Positions 52,724-62,770 of a stretch of DNA of 64,000 nucleotides are shown in pieces. The stretch comes from Desulfatiglandales bacterium (GTDB lineage Bacteria; Desulfobacterota; DSM-4660; Desulfatiglandales; HGW-15): assembly GCA_963667015.2 (NCBI GenBank), contig CAXXJJ010000004.1:320001-384000 (forward strand). Direction: 5' to 3'. A program made the position numbers and the translations under genes. The notes under the pieces are model-generated. The model had not been told where the DNA came from. It saw only the letters and a program-made list of their open reading frames with translations, and did not search any database. Within the stretch, counting starts at the first letter, position 1. Each line of letters starts with the position of its first letter.

Positions 52724-53887
52724 TTAACCTTCAAATGCATTCCGATAAATCTCCATTGCGGCATCGACTGTCATGGGTCTTGGGTTATTAGCAATAGGAA
52801 CTGCGACTTCCATGGCTCCCTTTGCCATTTCAGGGATGGCGTCTTCAGGGATGCCAAGTTCAGTTAGTGTCATTGGAACCCCAATATCTTCTGCCAGTTC
52901 AAACACGGCTTCTGATACAAGCGAGGCATTTTCCCTGCTTGAGAGGCCTTCCATATCCTGGTCCATATATGTTGCCAGATTGCGGAACTTATCAATATTG
53001 CCAGGGTAATTATATTCGAGAACATAGGGCAGGAGAAGCCCGTTACCGATACCGTGGGGAATATCGTATATTGCACCCATGGGGTAAGCGAGGGCATGTA
53101 CTGCTCCAACACCGGCCATGGCAAGCCCCAGGCCAGCGAGATAACTTCCCATCATCATGTTTTCACGATATTTTATATTTTTGCCGTCAAATACTGCACC
53201 ACGGAGGTTTTCCATTATAAGCTCAACTGCCCTCAGAGAAACAATCTCGCTCATGAAATGGGCCTTAAGGGATGTATAGGACTCGATAGCATGTGTAAGA
53301 GCATCCATTCCTGTATAGGCCGTTATCATAGGAGGAAGATCAAGTGTAAGTTCCGGGTCAAGTATAGCAGTATGGGGGTAAATAAGTGAACTGTTTATCC
53401 CGCCTTTTTTCTTGGTATCCCTCTGGGTAAAAACTGCGGTCAGGGTGGTTTCACTTCCAGTTCCTGCCGTAGTAGGGACCATAATTGTCGGGATGCCCTG
53501 TTTTTTAACCTTATCAAGACCGATATATTCGACTGCTTTACCTTCATTTTTTACCAGCATCCCTATTGCCTTGGCAATGTCCATGGTACTTCCGCCGCCC
53601 ACGCCTATCACGCAATGCACCTTCTCTTTGAGTGCGAGTTCTGCCCCAAGATCTGCAGTTTTAGGATCAGGTTCAGGTGTAACATCCGAGAAAATAAAAG
53701 TTTTAATCCGGGCAGATTTTAAATATGCCTTAACCCGTTCAGCTATTGTTGATTCGGATAGAGCCTGATCGATTACAAGAAGGGCCTTTGATGCCCCCAG
53801 CTTTTTACACTCGGTTCCTAACTGTGCGATGGCCCCTGAACCGAATACAGTTTTCTTAACACCCTCTATGGTTTTAATATTATTCAT
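52724..53887 (-). CDS. Iron-containing alcohol dehydrogenase (possible KdnB-role oxidase)
   Basis: GGGSTMD, PTTAGTGSE, MDALTHAIE, HALAY, PHG. Confidence 0.85.
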   Translation of the reverse strand: MNNIKTIEGVKKTVFGSGAIAQLGTECKKLGASKALLVIDQALSESTIAERVKAYLKSARIKTFIFSDVTPEPDPKTADLGAELALKEKVHCVIGVGGGSTMDIAKAIGMLVKNEGKAVEYIGLDKVKKQGIPTIMVPTTAGTGSETTLTAVFTQRDTKKKGGINSSLIYPHTAILDPELTLDLPPMITAYTGMDALTHAIESYTSLKAHFMSEIVSLRAVELIMENLRGAVFDGKNIKYRENMMMGSYLAGLGLAMAGVGAVHALAYPMGAIYDIPHGIGNGLLLPYVLEYNYPGNIDKFRNLATYMDQDMEGLSSRENASLVSEAVFELAEDIGVPMTLTELGIPEDAIPEMAKGAMEVAVPIANNPRPMTVDAAMEIYRNAFEG

Positions 53888-54112
53888 ATATTACTCCTTT
53901 GATAAGTTTTTATCAGGATTGACTCGAAATTGATAGAAACGTATACCTCTGATATTTTCTTCCAATAATTAAACAAAATTGATTACATCAATCAAGGGAA
54001 TATATCAAGTTATTAAATCCTTGAAACTCAGGTATTGAGACACGCTGTCTCATCCATCTCTACACCCAGGTATAGAGCTTACCAAAGAATAATTATTCCA
54101 TTGCTCATATTC

Positions 54113-54128
54113 TGGCATAGATATCGCA
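54113..54128 (+). promoter_or_regulatory. Sigma-54 promoter of the Hpt gene
   Basis: TGGCATAGATATCGCA (GG-N10-GC). Confidence 0.6.
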
Positions 54129-54207
54129 TCTATAACGTAAAGAGAATACTATCCGAATGATCCGGCAGGTGAAACGGTCAGTAAAAATATATTCTCTGGA
54201 GGATACA

Positions 54208-54525
54208 ATGGATTTTAAGATATCTGCACAGAAGCTAGGTTTGGAAGTAGACGAATATATCGAAATTATAGAACTATTTCTTGAAACAGGTATTAATGAT
54301 CTGAAAAGGCTTGAACATGCTGTAGCAAACAATGATGCGCAGATGGCAGCTGAACATTCTCATTCATTAAAGGGCGCCTCCGGAAATCTGGGGCTTACTG
54401 ATATTTATGAAAAGGCGAGAGATATAGAAGACAGGTCCAGGGAAAACAACCTTGATGGAGTTGCAGATGAAATTCAGGAAATTAATCAGGATTTTAAAAA
54501 TATACTGGCAGCATTAAAAAAATAA
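54208..54525 (+). CDS. Stand-alone Hpt phosphotransfer protein
   Basis: HSLKGASGNLG; ATG 54208 with RBS GGAGGA. Confidence 0.88.
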   Translation: MDFKISAQKLGLEVDEYIEIIELFLETGINDLKRLEHAVANNDAQMAAEHSHSLKGASGNLGLTDIYEKARDIEDRSRENNLDGVADEIQEINQDFKNILAALKK

Positions 54526-54658
54526 GGATCTTAAAAAATACATATTTAATGTCAAAAAAGCGTCACATTCAGTCAATTGAATGACTGATTATTAATCTAA
54601 AACATTTTAAAATCCTTAGAAAAATTGAAATTATGATAGAAATTTTATCGACACAATA

Positions 54659-54674
54659 TGGCACGAATATCGCA
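54659..54674 (+). promoter_or_regulatory. Sigma-54 promoter of the STAS-cheA operon
   Basis: TGGCACGAATATCGCA; upstream palindrome CAGTCAATTGAATGACTG at 54570-54587. Confidence 0.7.
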
Positions 54675-54755
54675 TTAAAAAAGGACCGAAGTATTTTCTG
54701 AGTGAAGGAATAGTTTAATTTAATCCTTTATTGCTTCTAGAAACTGGAGGAACCA

Positions 54756-55061
54756 ATGGCTGGAACCCAAAAAAAACAAACAAAGAAAACTGTCAAACCC
54801 GGAAAAGAAATAGTTGCATCTATGGTGGAGGATTTCAGGGATAAATTGATTAAAATTATCAATCAGGATATCAAAGAATTAACAATTGATATGAAAAATG
54901 TAGGGAACATTGACTCTACCGGGATGGGAGTACTCATTGCTGCAAAAAACTCCATTGAACAGGCTGGTGGTCAGCTAAATCTTACAAATATACCGGAAAA
55001 TATCGGAAGTCTTATACAGATATTAGGGCTCGACGGATACTTTAGTCTAGGCGCAGCCTAA
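54756..55061 (+). CDS. STAS-domain anti-sigma-factor antagonist
   Basis: IDMKNVGNIDSTGMGVLI, with the phosphoacceptor DS motif. Confidence 0.9.
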   Translation: MAGTQKKQTKKTVKPGKEIVASMVEDFRDKLIKIINQDIKELTIDMKNVGNIDSTGMGVLIAAKNSIEQAGGQLNLTNIPENIGSLIQILGLDGYFSLGAA

Positions 55062-55157
55062 GATTATTATCAATAAGAAAAAAATATATATAAGTAATAG
55101 CAGTAAAAATGCATGAGCTGTTTAACATAGCGAAGCATAAATAGCATGGAGGACGGT

Positions 55158-58100
55158 ATGAGTATTCAGGATGACGAAACTTTGAGACTTTATGTTGAAG
55201 AATCAATTGAACATCTAGCAGATATTGAAAACGATTTACTTGCCATTGAGAATGCAGGCGCTGAAATAGATGAAGAACTTGTAAACAAGGTTTTTCGAGC
55301 TGCCCATTCAATAAAGGGCGGGGCAGGTTTCATGGGATTGAATAATATCAAGGAATTATCCCATAAAATGGAAAATGTACTTGGTATGATCCGTGAAAGA
55401 GAGATGGTTCCCAATTCAGAGATAGTCAATATTCTGCTTCTGGCCTCTGATACCCTGAGAAACCTGTTAGATAATGTAGAAAGCAGTAACGGTATGGATA
55501 TTGATGAACATGTCAATGCTCTTATTGCCCTTACCTCAAATGTCATGCCTGAACCGGTTGCAGAAGCACAGAATAAGGAAATTGATATTATTTTTGATGA
55601 CGGGAGAATGGTCTTTACTGTATCCGTTTCGGATCTCGCCAGTTCAAGAAAAAAGGGACAGTTTATATACCTTGCGGAGTTTGATCTGGTAGGTGATATA
55701 GATAAAAAAGGGCTTAATACGGCCGAACTGTTAAAGAGACTGAGCGAAAGCGGAACAGTTCTTTCTACAGAGGTCGATGTTCAATCAGTGGGAAACCTTG
55801 ATAATTTTTCAGATTCAAGCAGATTACCCTTCCTGGTGCTTTTTGGGACTATTCTCGAACCGGAAATGATAAATGCCCTCTTTGATGTGGACGAGGAGAA
55901 TATATATCTATTAGGCAAAGATAATACATTTAAGAGTCTGGGTGAAGGGATACAGGAATTCGCTGCCGCTGAAGATGAATACATTGCCCCTCCGCTAAAA
56001 GGGGCTCCAATAGATACAGATATTCAGGAAGAAGAGCCGGTGGATTATTCTCCTGTTCAAACAACACCGGATATTTCCACAGAACCTGCTGTGCCCAAAG
56101 AGACTGATTCTCAGAGTGCAGCCGCTGCAAAGGGCGGTGACTCAAGTCTTAGGGTAAATGTAAGTCTTCTGGACTCACTAATGACCCTGGCAGGTGAACT
56201 TGTTCTTGGAAGGAATCAGTTGCTTCAGGCTATCGGTCAAAAGGATTTAAGGTCAATAGACGGAACAGGGCAGAGACTGGATCTCATAACATCAGAGATT
56301 CAGGAAGCAATAATGATGACCCGTATGCAGCCAATTGGTAATGTGTTTAATAAATTTCCCAGGGTTGTCAGAGACCTTGCACGGACTCTTAATAAAGACG
56401 TCAAATTGACAATTGAAGGTGAAGGGGTCGAACTGGATAAAACTATCCTTGAGGCCATAAATGATCCCCTTACCCATCTTGTAAGAAATTCCGTTGATCA
56501 TGGTATTGAAAAACCAGCGGACAGACAAAAGACCGGTAAAGATCCGGTTGGTCATGTTTTTCTTAAGGCTTATCATGAAGCCGGCCAGGTAAATATAGAA
56601 ATACGCGATGATGGAAAAGGAATCAGCCCCGATAAACTTACCAGGATTGCACTTGAAAAAAATCTCATTACAGAGGATCAGGCAATATCAATGTCTGAAA
56701 AGGAAAAGATCAACCTGATCTTTCTTCCCGGTTTTTCAACCGCAGAAAAAGTCAGCGACGTATCCGGTCGTGGTGTTGGAATGGATGTTGTTAAGACCAA
56801 CCTTGATAAGCTTGGCGGGGTGGTTGATATTGAATCTACCATTGGTAAGGGAACTACTATCAAGATCAAACTTCCGCTTACCCTGGCTATTATTCCAAGT
56901 CAGTTAATCAGTGTATGCGGAGAAAGATATGCCATTCCTCAGGTAAATCTTGAAGAGCTTTTCAGGATTCCCGCAAATCAGGTAAAAGATAGAATAGAAA
57001 AGGTTGGAGATGCTGAAGTTGTAAGGTTAAGGGGAAGCCTTCTCCCGCTCATACGGCTCTCGGATGTAATCGGGCTGGAGAGAACATTTTTTGATCAGGC
57101 TGACAAGCTCGTGAAAAAGGACAGGAGAGAAAATATTGCAGACAGAAGAGGTCGTAAGAGTCCTCTTAAAAAGGCAAAGAAGGATGATGAAATCATCAGG
57201 ATGATAAATAAAAAGGATGAAGACATAAGCCTGAATGAAACAGAGTCTCCCGATGAAATTGATAAAAGAAGGGATCTTAGAGATCGCAGATACCATGCAA
57301 CTAGTGCAGTGAATATTGTAGTTGTTTACACCGGGGCATTAAAATACGGACTTGTAGTAGATGAACTGTTCGACTCTGAAGAAATCGTTGTTAAACCTCT
57401 TGGGAGACACCTTAAGCACTGCAAGGCATACGCCGGAGCAACTATTATGGGTGATGGCAGGGTAGCCCTTATTCTTGATGTGGCAGGTATATCCCAGATG
57501 GCAAACCTGACATCAATGGAAGGAACAGAAAGAGCAATGCAGGTTGCCAAAGAGCAGAGATTGAAGAGTCAGCAGGATATTCAATCTCTTCTGATTTTCA
57601 GGAATGCCGAAGATGAGCAGTTTGCAGTTCCATTAGGTCTTGTAGAAAGAGTGGAGAAGATAAAGCGATCCTCAATAGAAAATGTTGGGGGAAAAAATGT
57701 TATTCAATACAGAGGCTCCAGTCTTCCACTTTTTGCAATCGAACAGGTAGCCGATGTAAAACCACGGGCGGATAAAGAAGATCTTCTTGTTATAGTTTTC
57801 TCAATAGGCGGGAGAGATATCGGACTTCTTGCTACTCCTCCGCTTGATGCAACAGAAGAAGCTCTGAATGTTGATGATATGACCTTAAAACAAACCGGGA
57901 TTATGGGATCTGCAATTATCGGTAATCAAACAACTCTTATGGTAAATATATTCGGGATTGTGGAATCATTAAATCCGCACTGGTTTGATAAAAAAGAAAC
58001 AGTTATGGTTTCCGACAATAAGGCCGCTACTGTTCTATATGCCGAAGATTCAAATTTTTTCAGAAGCCAGGTAATGGAATACCTGAAAGAAGATGGATAT

Positions 58101-58400
58101 AATGTGCTTGAGGCAGAAGATGGTGTTATAGCCTATGATCTAATAGGAAAACATATCGATGAAATATCTCTGGTTATCACTGATATAGAAATGCCCAATA
58201 TGGACGGTTTTGAATTAACCTCAAAGATTAAGGGAAATGAAAGATTTAAACATTTGCCGGTTATAGCCCTTACAACAATGGCCAGTGATGATGATATTTC
58301 AAGAGGTCGTGCCGTAGGTATTGATGACTACCAGATAAAACTGGATAAGGAAAAATTAATGAAAAGTGTTTACAAGCATCTTAAAACGGCAGGGCATTAA
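55158..58400 (+). CDS. cheA: Chemotaxis histidine kinase CheA with two CheW domains and a C-terminal receiver
   Basis: FRAAHSIKG, HLVRNSVDHGIE, DDGKGI, SGRGVGMDVV, ITDIEMPNMDG. Confidence 0.95.
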   Translation: MSIQDDETLRLYVEESIEHLADIENDLLAIENAGAEIDEELVNKVFRAAHSIKGGAGFMGLNNIKELSHKMENVLGMIREREMVPNSEIVNILLLASDTLRNLLDNVESSNGMDIDEHVNALIALTSNVMPEPVAEAQNKEIDIIFDDGRMVFTVSVSDLASSRKKGQFIYLAEFDLVGDIDKKGLNTAELLKRLSESGTVLSTEVDVQSVGNLDNFSDSSRLPFLVLFGTILEPEMINALFDVDEENIYLLGKDNTFKSLGEGIQEFAAAEDEYIAPPLKGAPIDTDIQEEEPVDYSPVQTTPDISTEPAVPKETDSQSAAAAKGGDSSLRVNVSLLDSLMTLAGELVLGRNQLLQAIGQKDLRSIDGTGQRLDLITSEIQEAIMMTRMQPIGNVFNKFPRVVRDLARTLNKDVKLTIEGEGVELDKTILEAINDPLTHLVRNSVDHGIEKPADRQKTGKDPVGHVFLKAYHEAGQVNIEIRDDGKGISPDKLTRIALEKNLITEDQAISMSEKEKINLIFLPGFSTAEKVSDVSGRGVGMDVVKTNLDKLGGVVDIESTIGKGTTIKIKLPLTLAIIPSQLISVCGERYAIPQVNLEELFRIPANQVKDRIEKVGDAEVVRLRGSLLPLIRLSDVIGLERTFFDQADKLVKKDRRENIADRRGRKSPLKKAKKDDEIIRMINKKDEDISLNETESPDEIDKRRDLRDRRYHATSAVNIVVVYTGALKYGLVVDELFDSEEIVVKPLGRHLKHCKAYAGATIMGDGRVALILDVAGISQMANLTSMEGTERAMQVAKEQRLKSQQDIQSLLIFRNAEDEQFAVPLGLVERVEKIKRSSIENVGGKNVIQYRGSSLPLFAIEQVADVKPRADKEDLLVIVFSIGGRDIGLLATPPLDATEEALNVDDMTLKQTGIMGSAIIGNQTTLMVNIFGIVESLNPHWFDKKETVMVSDNKAATVLYAEDSNFFRSQVMEYLKEDGYNVLEAEDGVIAYDLIGKHIDEISLVITDIEMPNMDGFELTSKIKGNERFKHLPVIALTTMASDDDISRGRAVGIDDYQIKLDKEKLMKSVYKHLKTAGH

Positions 58401-58481
58401 TTTCAGAAGTTTATCGCATGACATGGTTTTTAAAAACATCAGGGAATGATACCGGGGTGTTGAAACAGGAGGTAAGAATAA

Positions 58482-58955
58482 ATGGCAAGTCAGGCAGACA
58501 ATAAACAGGCAGGAAATAAAACAGTTGAACTGGCAACATTTTATGTTGGTGATGCACTGTGTGGAATGGATATATTAAAGGTGCAGGAAATTAATAAACT
58601 TCTTGAAATGACAGAGGTTCCGCTTGCACCTGACTATGTGAAGGGAATACTCAATTTAAGGGGACAAATCGTAACAGTCATTGATCTGGGAAATAAATTG
58701 AGTCTTTCTGAGACAACGACAAGTGGAGAAACCAGAAATATTATTGTTAATTCCAATGGCGAATACATCGGCCTTCTTGTTGATAAAATAGGAGATGTTG
58801 AACGAACAGATGAACAAGATATAGAACCCCCTCCGGCAAATATTGGAGGGATTCAGGGGAAATTTTTTGAAGGTGTTTTTAAGAAAGAAAACAGCCTGAT
58901 AGGAATACTTAATGTGGAAGAGGTCCTTAAAGAGGATAATACTCAGACTCTGTAG
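58482..58955 (+). CDS. cheW: Chemotaxis coupling protein CheW
   Basis: VQEI..VPLAPDYVKGILNLRGQIVTVIDL..GLLVD. Confidence 0.96.
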   Translation: MASQADNKQAGNKTVELATFYVGDALCGMDILKVQEINKLLEMTEVPLAPDYVKGILNLRGQIVTVIDLGNKLSLSETTTSGETRNIIVNSNGEYIGLLVDKIGDVERTDEQDIEPPPANIGGIQGKFFEGVFKKENSLIGILNVEEVLKEDNTQTL

Positions 58956-59030
58956 ACCGTTTCAATGAGGTATTCATTGGCAATATTTCAATCCTATGAG
59001 AGATTGAACTAAAAGGAATTACAATATTTA

Positions 59031-60134
59031 ATGGAAAAAAATCCTGTAAGAATACTTGTAGTAGATGATACAGTAGTTTATCGAAAAACTGTAAGTGATG
59101 TACTTGCTGAAATACCTGATGTTGAAGTAGTCGGGACCGCAAATAATGGCAGAATTGCCATGATGAAGATTGCATCACTCAAACCGGATCTTCTTACCCT
59201 TGATATTGAAATGCCTGAAATGAACGGGCTTGATGTTTTAAGGTCAATCAGGACAGAGGCTCCCGATGTGGGCGCCATTGTTTTAAGTACATTAACCCAT
59301 AAGGGCGGAGACCTGACAATAAAAGCACTTGAGCTGGGTGCCTTTGATTATATAACCAAACCTGAAACGGGCAGTATCGAAGAAAGCAAGCAGTCAATAA
59401 AGAAAAGCCTTGCCCTTTTAATAAAGAGTTTTTCCAGACATCTGGAGATGAAAAAAATTCTCAGAGGTGGAAATTACAGTTCAAAATACCAGTATACCGA
59501 TGTTCAACCCAAGAGTATCAGCTCTTCCACTGTAAAGAAATCCAGAAAGGCAAAGGCTGAAATTATCGGTATCGGCGTGTCAACCGGAGGTCCAAAGGCT
59601 CTTACGGAAATGATGCCCAGGATACCGGCAAACATTAATGTTCCTATCCTGATTGTACAGCATATGCCGCCTTTATTTACAAGTTCACTGGCAAAAAGTC
59701 TTGATTCCCACTGCGCTATTGAAGTTAAGGAAGCAGAGGATGGTGAGGTTTTAAGGCCCAATACAGCCTTTATTGCCCCAGGTGGGACACAGATGAAAGT
59801 GGTTGCCAGTGCTGATGGATTAAACAGAATTTTAAGAATAACTGATGACCCCCCTGAGAACAGCTGTAAACCATCTGTAGATTATTTATTCCGCTCTATT
59901 GCCGAACATTATGTCGGGAGATCTACCGGAGTTATTATGACGGGAATGGGATCTGACGGGACAGAGGGTCTAAAGATGATGAAAAGAAACGGATCATTTA
60001 TAATTGCACAGGATGAACCAACCTGTGTTGTATTTGGCATGCCCAAGAAGCCTATCGATGAAGGTATTGTGGATGTTATTGCGCCTCTTGACAGATTAGC
60101 CGATGAAATATGTAACAGCGTGAAATCAGTATAG
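59031..60134 (+). CDS. cheB: Chemotaxis response regulator methylesterase CheB
   Basis: REC TLDIEMP; GVSTGGP, VQHMP, PSVD, MTGMGSDG. Confidence 0.97.
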   Translation: MEKNPVRILVVDDTVVYRKTVSDVLAEIPDVEVVGTANNGRIAMMKIASLKPDLLTLDIEMPEMNGLDVLRSIRTEAPDVGAIVLSTLTHKGGDLTIKALELGAFDYITKPETGSIEESKQSIKKSLALLIKSFSRHLEMKKILRGGNYSSKYQYTDVQPKSISSSTVKKSRKAKAEIIGIGVSTGGPKALTEMMPRIPANINVPILIVQHMPPLFTSSLAKSLDSHCAIEVKEAEDGEVLRPNTAFIAPGGTQMKVVASADGLNRILRITDDPPENSCKPSVDYLFRSIAEHYVGRSTGVIMTGMGSDGTEGLKMMKRNGSFIIAQDEPTCVVFGMPKKPIDEGIVDVIAPLDRLADEICNSVKSV

Positions 60135-60181
60135 AATGATATGATATATGTGCCGGTAGATCAAAAGGACAGCATTAACTC

Positions 60182-61027
60182 ATGATCAAAATAACCCCAA
60201 ACGAGATCAAAGTAATCTCAAAATATATTTATGATATCTCGGGTATCTTTCTGGATGAAAAAAAGGCCTATCTTATCGAAACCAGACTGAAGATGATCAT
60301 TGAAAATGAAGGTGTCTCCTCATATCTTGAACTTTACCGGAAGGCAATATCCGACATAAGTAAACAACTGGAAAGAAAAATAATCGATGCGGTAACTACC
60401 AATGAAACCCTGTTTTTCAGAGATTCCTCACCTTTTGAGATGTTTAAGCATAAGGTAATGCCAGACCTGATTGATAAAAGAACTGCACAAACATCCGGAC
60501 TTTTACCTATAAATATAAGGATATGGAGTGCTGCCTGTTCTACGGGACAGGAAATTTACAGCCTTGCTATTATTTTAAAGGGGCTGCTCCCTGACCCTAA
60601 TAAATATAGAATCAAGCTGCTTGGAACCGACATCTCTGATGAGGCTGTTGCCAAAGCAAGTTATGGTAAATACAATAAATTTGAGATAGAACGTGGTCTT
60701 GATAAGGATACACTGAACAGATATTTCCTGGAACATGAGAATTCCTGGAAGATCAGGGATGATATCAGGGCTATGGCAGTTTTTCAAAAACGTAATTTGA
60801 TGCAGCCCTTTACCGGAATAGGCCAGTTCGATATTATTTTCTGCCGTAATGTAGCAATATATTTCAGTCTTGAGGATAAGAAAAAACTTTTTGAAAAAAT
60901 TGCAAGCGTTCTTGCCCCGGACGGATATCTTATTATCGGATCAACTGAGTCACTCACAGGTATATGCCCCCAGTTTGAACCGCAGAGACATTTGAGGTCT
61001 GTATTTTATCAGTTGAAATCACTTTAG
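60182..61027 (+). CDS. cheR: Chemotaxis methyltransferase CheR
   Basis: TTNETLFFRD, IWSAACSTGQE, GTDIS, IFCRNV. Confidence 0.97.
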   Translation: MIKITPNEIKVISKYIYDISGIFLDEKKAYLIETRLKMIIENEGVSSYLELYRKAISDISKQLERKIIDAVTTNETLFFRDSSPFEMFKHKVMPDLIDKRTAQTSGLLPINIRIWSAACSTGQEIYSLAIILKGLLPDPNKYRIKLLGTDISDEAVAKASYGKYNKFEIERGLDKDTLNRYFLEHENSWKIRDDIRAMAVFQKRNLMQPFTGIGQFDIIFCRNVAIYFSLEDKKKLFEKIASVLAPDGYLIIGSTESLTGICPQFEPQRHLRSVFYQLKSL

Positions 61028-61048
61028 TTTTTGTTGCATCATTCCGAT

Positions 61049-61954
61049 ATGTTAAATATGAAAGCTACAAAGTCATACATAATTTGGATGCCTAAAAATG
61101 GCACAGGAAAGTCTCGACAAATTATAATCAGGCCGGGATATTTAGTCGCACTGGCAATAGCCCTGATTGTATCCGTTCTCTCAATACCTTTTTTTCAGAA
61201 TCATATCTTCTCATTAAATCAAAAGATTGCATTTCTCGATAACAAAAGTAGAGAGATGAAAGCCGAAATATCCAACTTGAGATACCTTAAACAAAATCTT
61301 GCACGTATAGAAGACAAAGACAGACAGTTAAACGAATATTTCGGAATAGAGAAAATGTCCGCCGGATCAAATGAAGGGCTGTTGGGGCAGGGTGGTGCGT
61401 CTGATATGTCCGAATACCTGGAACTTGATAATACAGGAAATAATCCAGCTGATAGCTATTTGCCGGCTCATCTGGATAGCCTGGAATCAGATTTTAAGAA
61501 ATTTGAAAAATTACTGAAAGCCAAAGAAACGATTCAGGATTATACACCCAACATCATACCCGTTGATAAAAAAGGAATCCACCTGTCATCAGGTTTCGGA
61601 TGGAGAGCTAATCCCTTTACAAAAAGGAAAGAATTTCATGCCGCCATTGATATTGCAGGTAACTGGGGAACAAAGATAATTGCACCGGCTAATGGTATCG
61701 TTTTGAAAACAGGACATGACAAGCGGCTTGGAAATTATATAGTTCTCAGACATTCAGAACAGATCAAAACCATATTTGGACATTTGAGCAATGTTGCTGT
61801 GAAAGATGGAGAGGAAATCTTCCGTGGAGAAAAAATCGGTCTTATGGGTAATTCCGGCCTGTCAACAAGCAGTCATTTGCATTATATGATAGTAAAAGAC
61901 GGCAGGGCCGTTAATCCTCTGGAATATATCCTGGATGTAAGTGAGAAATTATGA
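61049..61954 (+). CDS. M23 family metallopeptidase with TM and coiled coil (start uncertain)
   Basis: SSGFGWRANPF..FHAAIDIA..GNSGLSTSSHLHY. Confidence 0.9.
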   Translation: MLNMKATKSYIIWMPKNGTGKSRQIIIRPGYLVALAIALIVSVLSIPFFQNHIFSLNQKIAFLDNKSREMKAEISNLRYLKQNLARIEDKDRQLNEYFGIEKMSAGSNEGLLGQGGASDMSEYLELDNTGNNPADSYLPAHLDSLESDFKKFEKLLKAKETIQDYTPNIIPVDKKGIHLSSGFGWRANPFTKRKEFHAAIDIAGNWGTKIIAPANGIVLKTGHDKRLGNYIVLRHSEQIKTIFGHLSNVAVKDGEEIFRGEKIGLMGNSGLSTSSHLHYMIVKDGRAVNPLEYILDVSEKL

Positions 61955-62610
61955 TCTACTTTTCTAAAGCCTTTACGAAAAGAGCTCTGTTCTCTTCTTT
62001 TATTTTTGTCGTTTATATCCTAATATCAGAGACTGCTTTTTGTTCAACATTTCCTTTTGATGAATATGCTGTTTTTTGCAGTTACTTCAAGCTAAGCGGA
62101 GACACTCCATCGGATCAGGATGTTGAAGAATTATGCTTCTCCTTTAACAGGCCGATCTATACATCCTTTAAACCTTCGGAAATGTTTACAAAGAAAAGTT
62201 TATTGAAAGAAAAAAACAGAATTGGTGAAATAATTACATCAATTAACCTTGAATCTGATTTTATATGGAAAGTTAAATGTAATTTAACTAATAAAAAAGA
62301 TATCGATAGATGTTTCAGTATGTCTTCAATAAATGAGAGGCTTCCTCAGGCAACGCCATATATCAACTCAAAGATTTCCGGTAAAGATCAACGCCAGATA
62401 AAAAAGGCGATTTCCTCATTATTTAAAACCCATTCCGAAAATATTAAGATGAAGGATGTCGAAATAATAATCACATTAAAACCGGAAAAATCCGAATACG
62501 AATATCAAAAAAGAAATATCGTAGAACAGAATGTTGTTCTTCCTATAAGGTATGTCATTTTTCGGCCTACAAAAGTCCAGATACTTGACGAATTAGAGAA
62601 GATCAACTAA
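61951..62610 (+). CDS. Hypothetical exported protein
   Basis: 219-aa ORF overlapping the M23 stop (ATGA); N-terminal hydrophobic segment. Confidence 0.6.
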   Translation: MIYFSKAFTKRALFSSFIFVVYILISETAFCSTFPFDEYAVFCSYFKLSGDTPSDQDVEELCFSFNRPIYTSFKPSEMFTKKSLLKEKNRIGEIITSINLESDFIWKVKCNLTNKKDIDRCFSMSSINERLPQATPYINSKISGKDQRQIKKAISSLFKTHSENIKMKDVEIIITLKPEKSEYEYQKRNIVEQNVVLPIRYVIFRPTKVQILDELEKIN

Positions 62611-62701
62611 CGCGTCATTTGATGAGGGCAGATGGCTCTGGTTGATTGACTCTAACTGTCTGAATTAATTAGGGTTAAAAAATAGTTTATTGGTGTTGTT
62701 T

Positions 62702-62717
62702 TGGTATATATTTTGCT
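62702..62717 (+). promoter_or_regulatory. Sigma-54 promoter of the cheZ-like/cheY operon
   Basis: TGGTATATATTTTGCT (GG-N10-GC). Confidence 0.6.
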
Positions 62718-62770
62718 AGTTTGTCTAGTATAAAATAATTTACTGTGATTAGAAGTTGGAGGATATTTTA

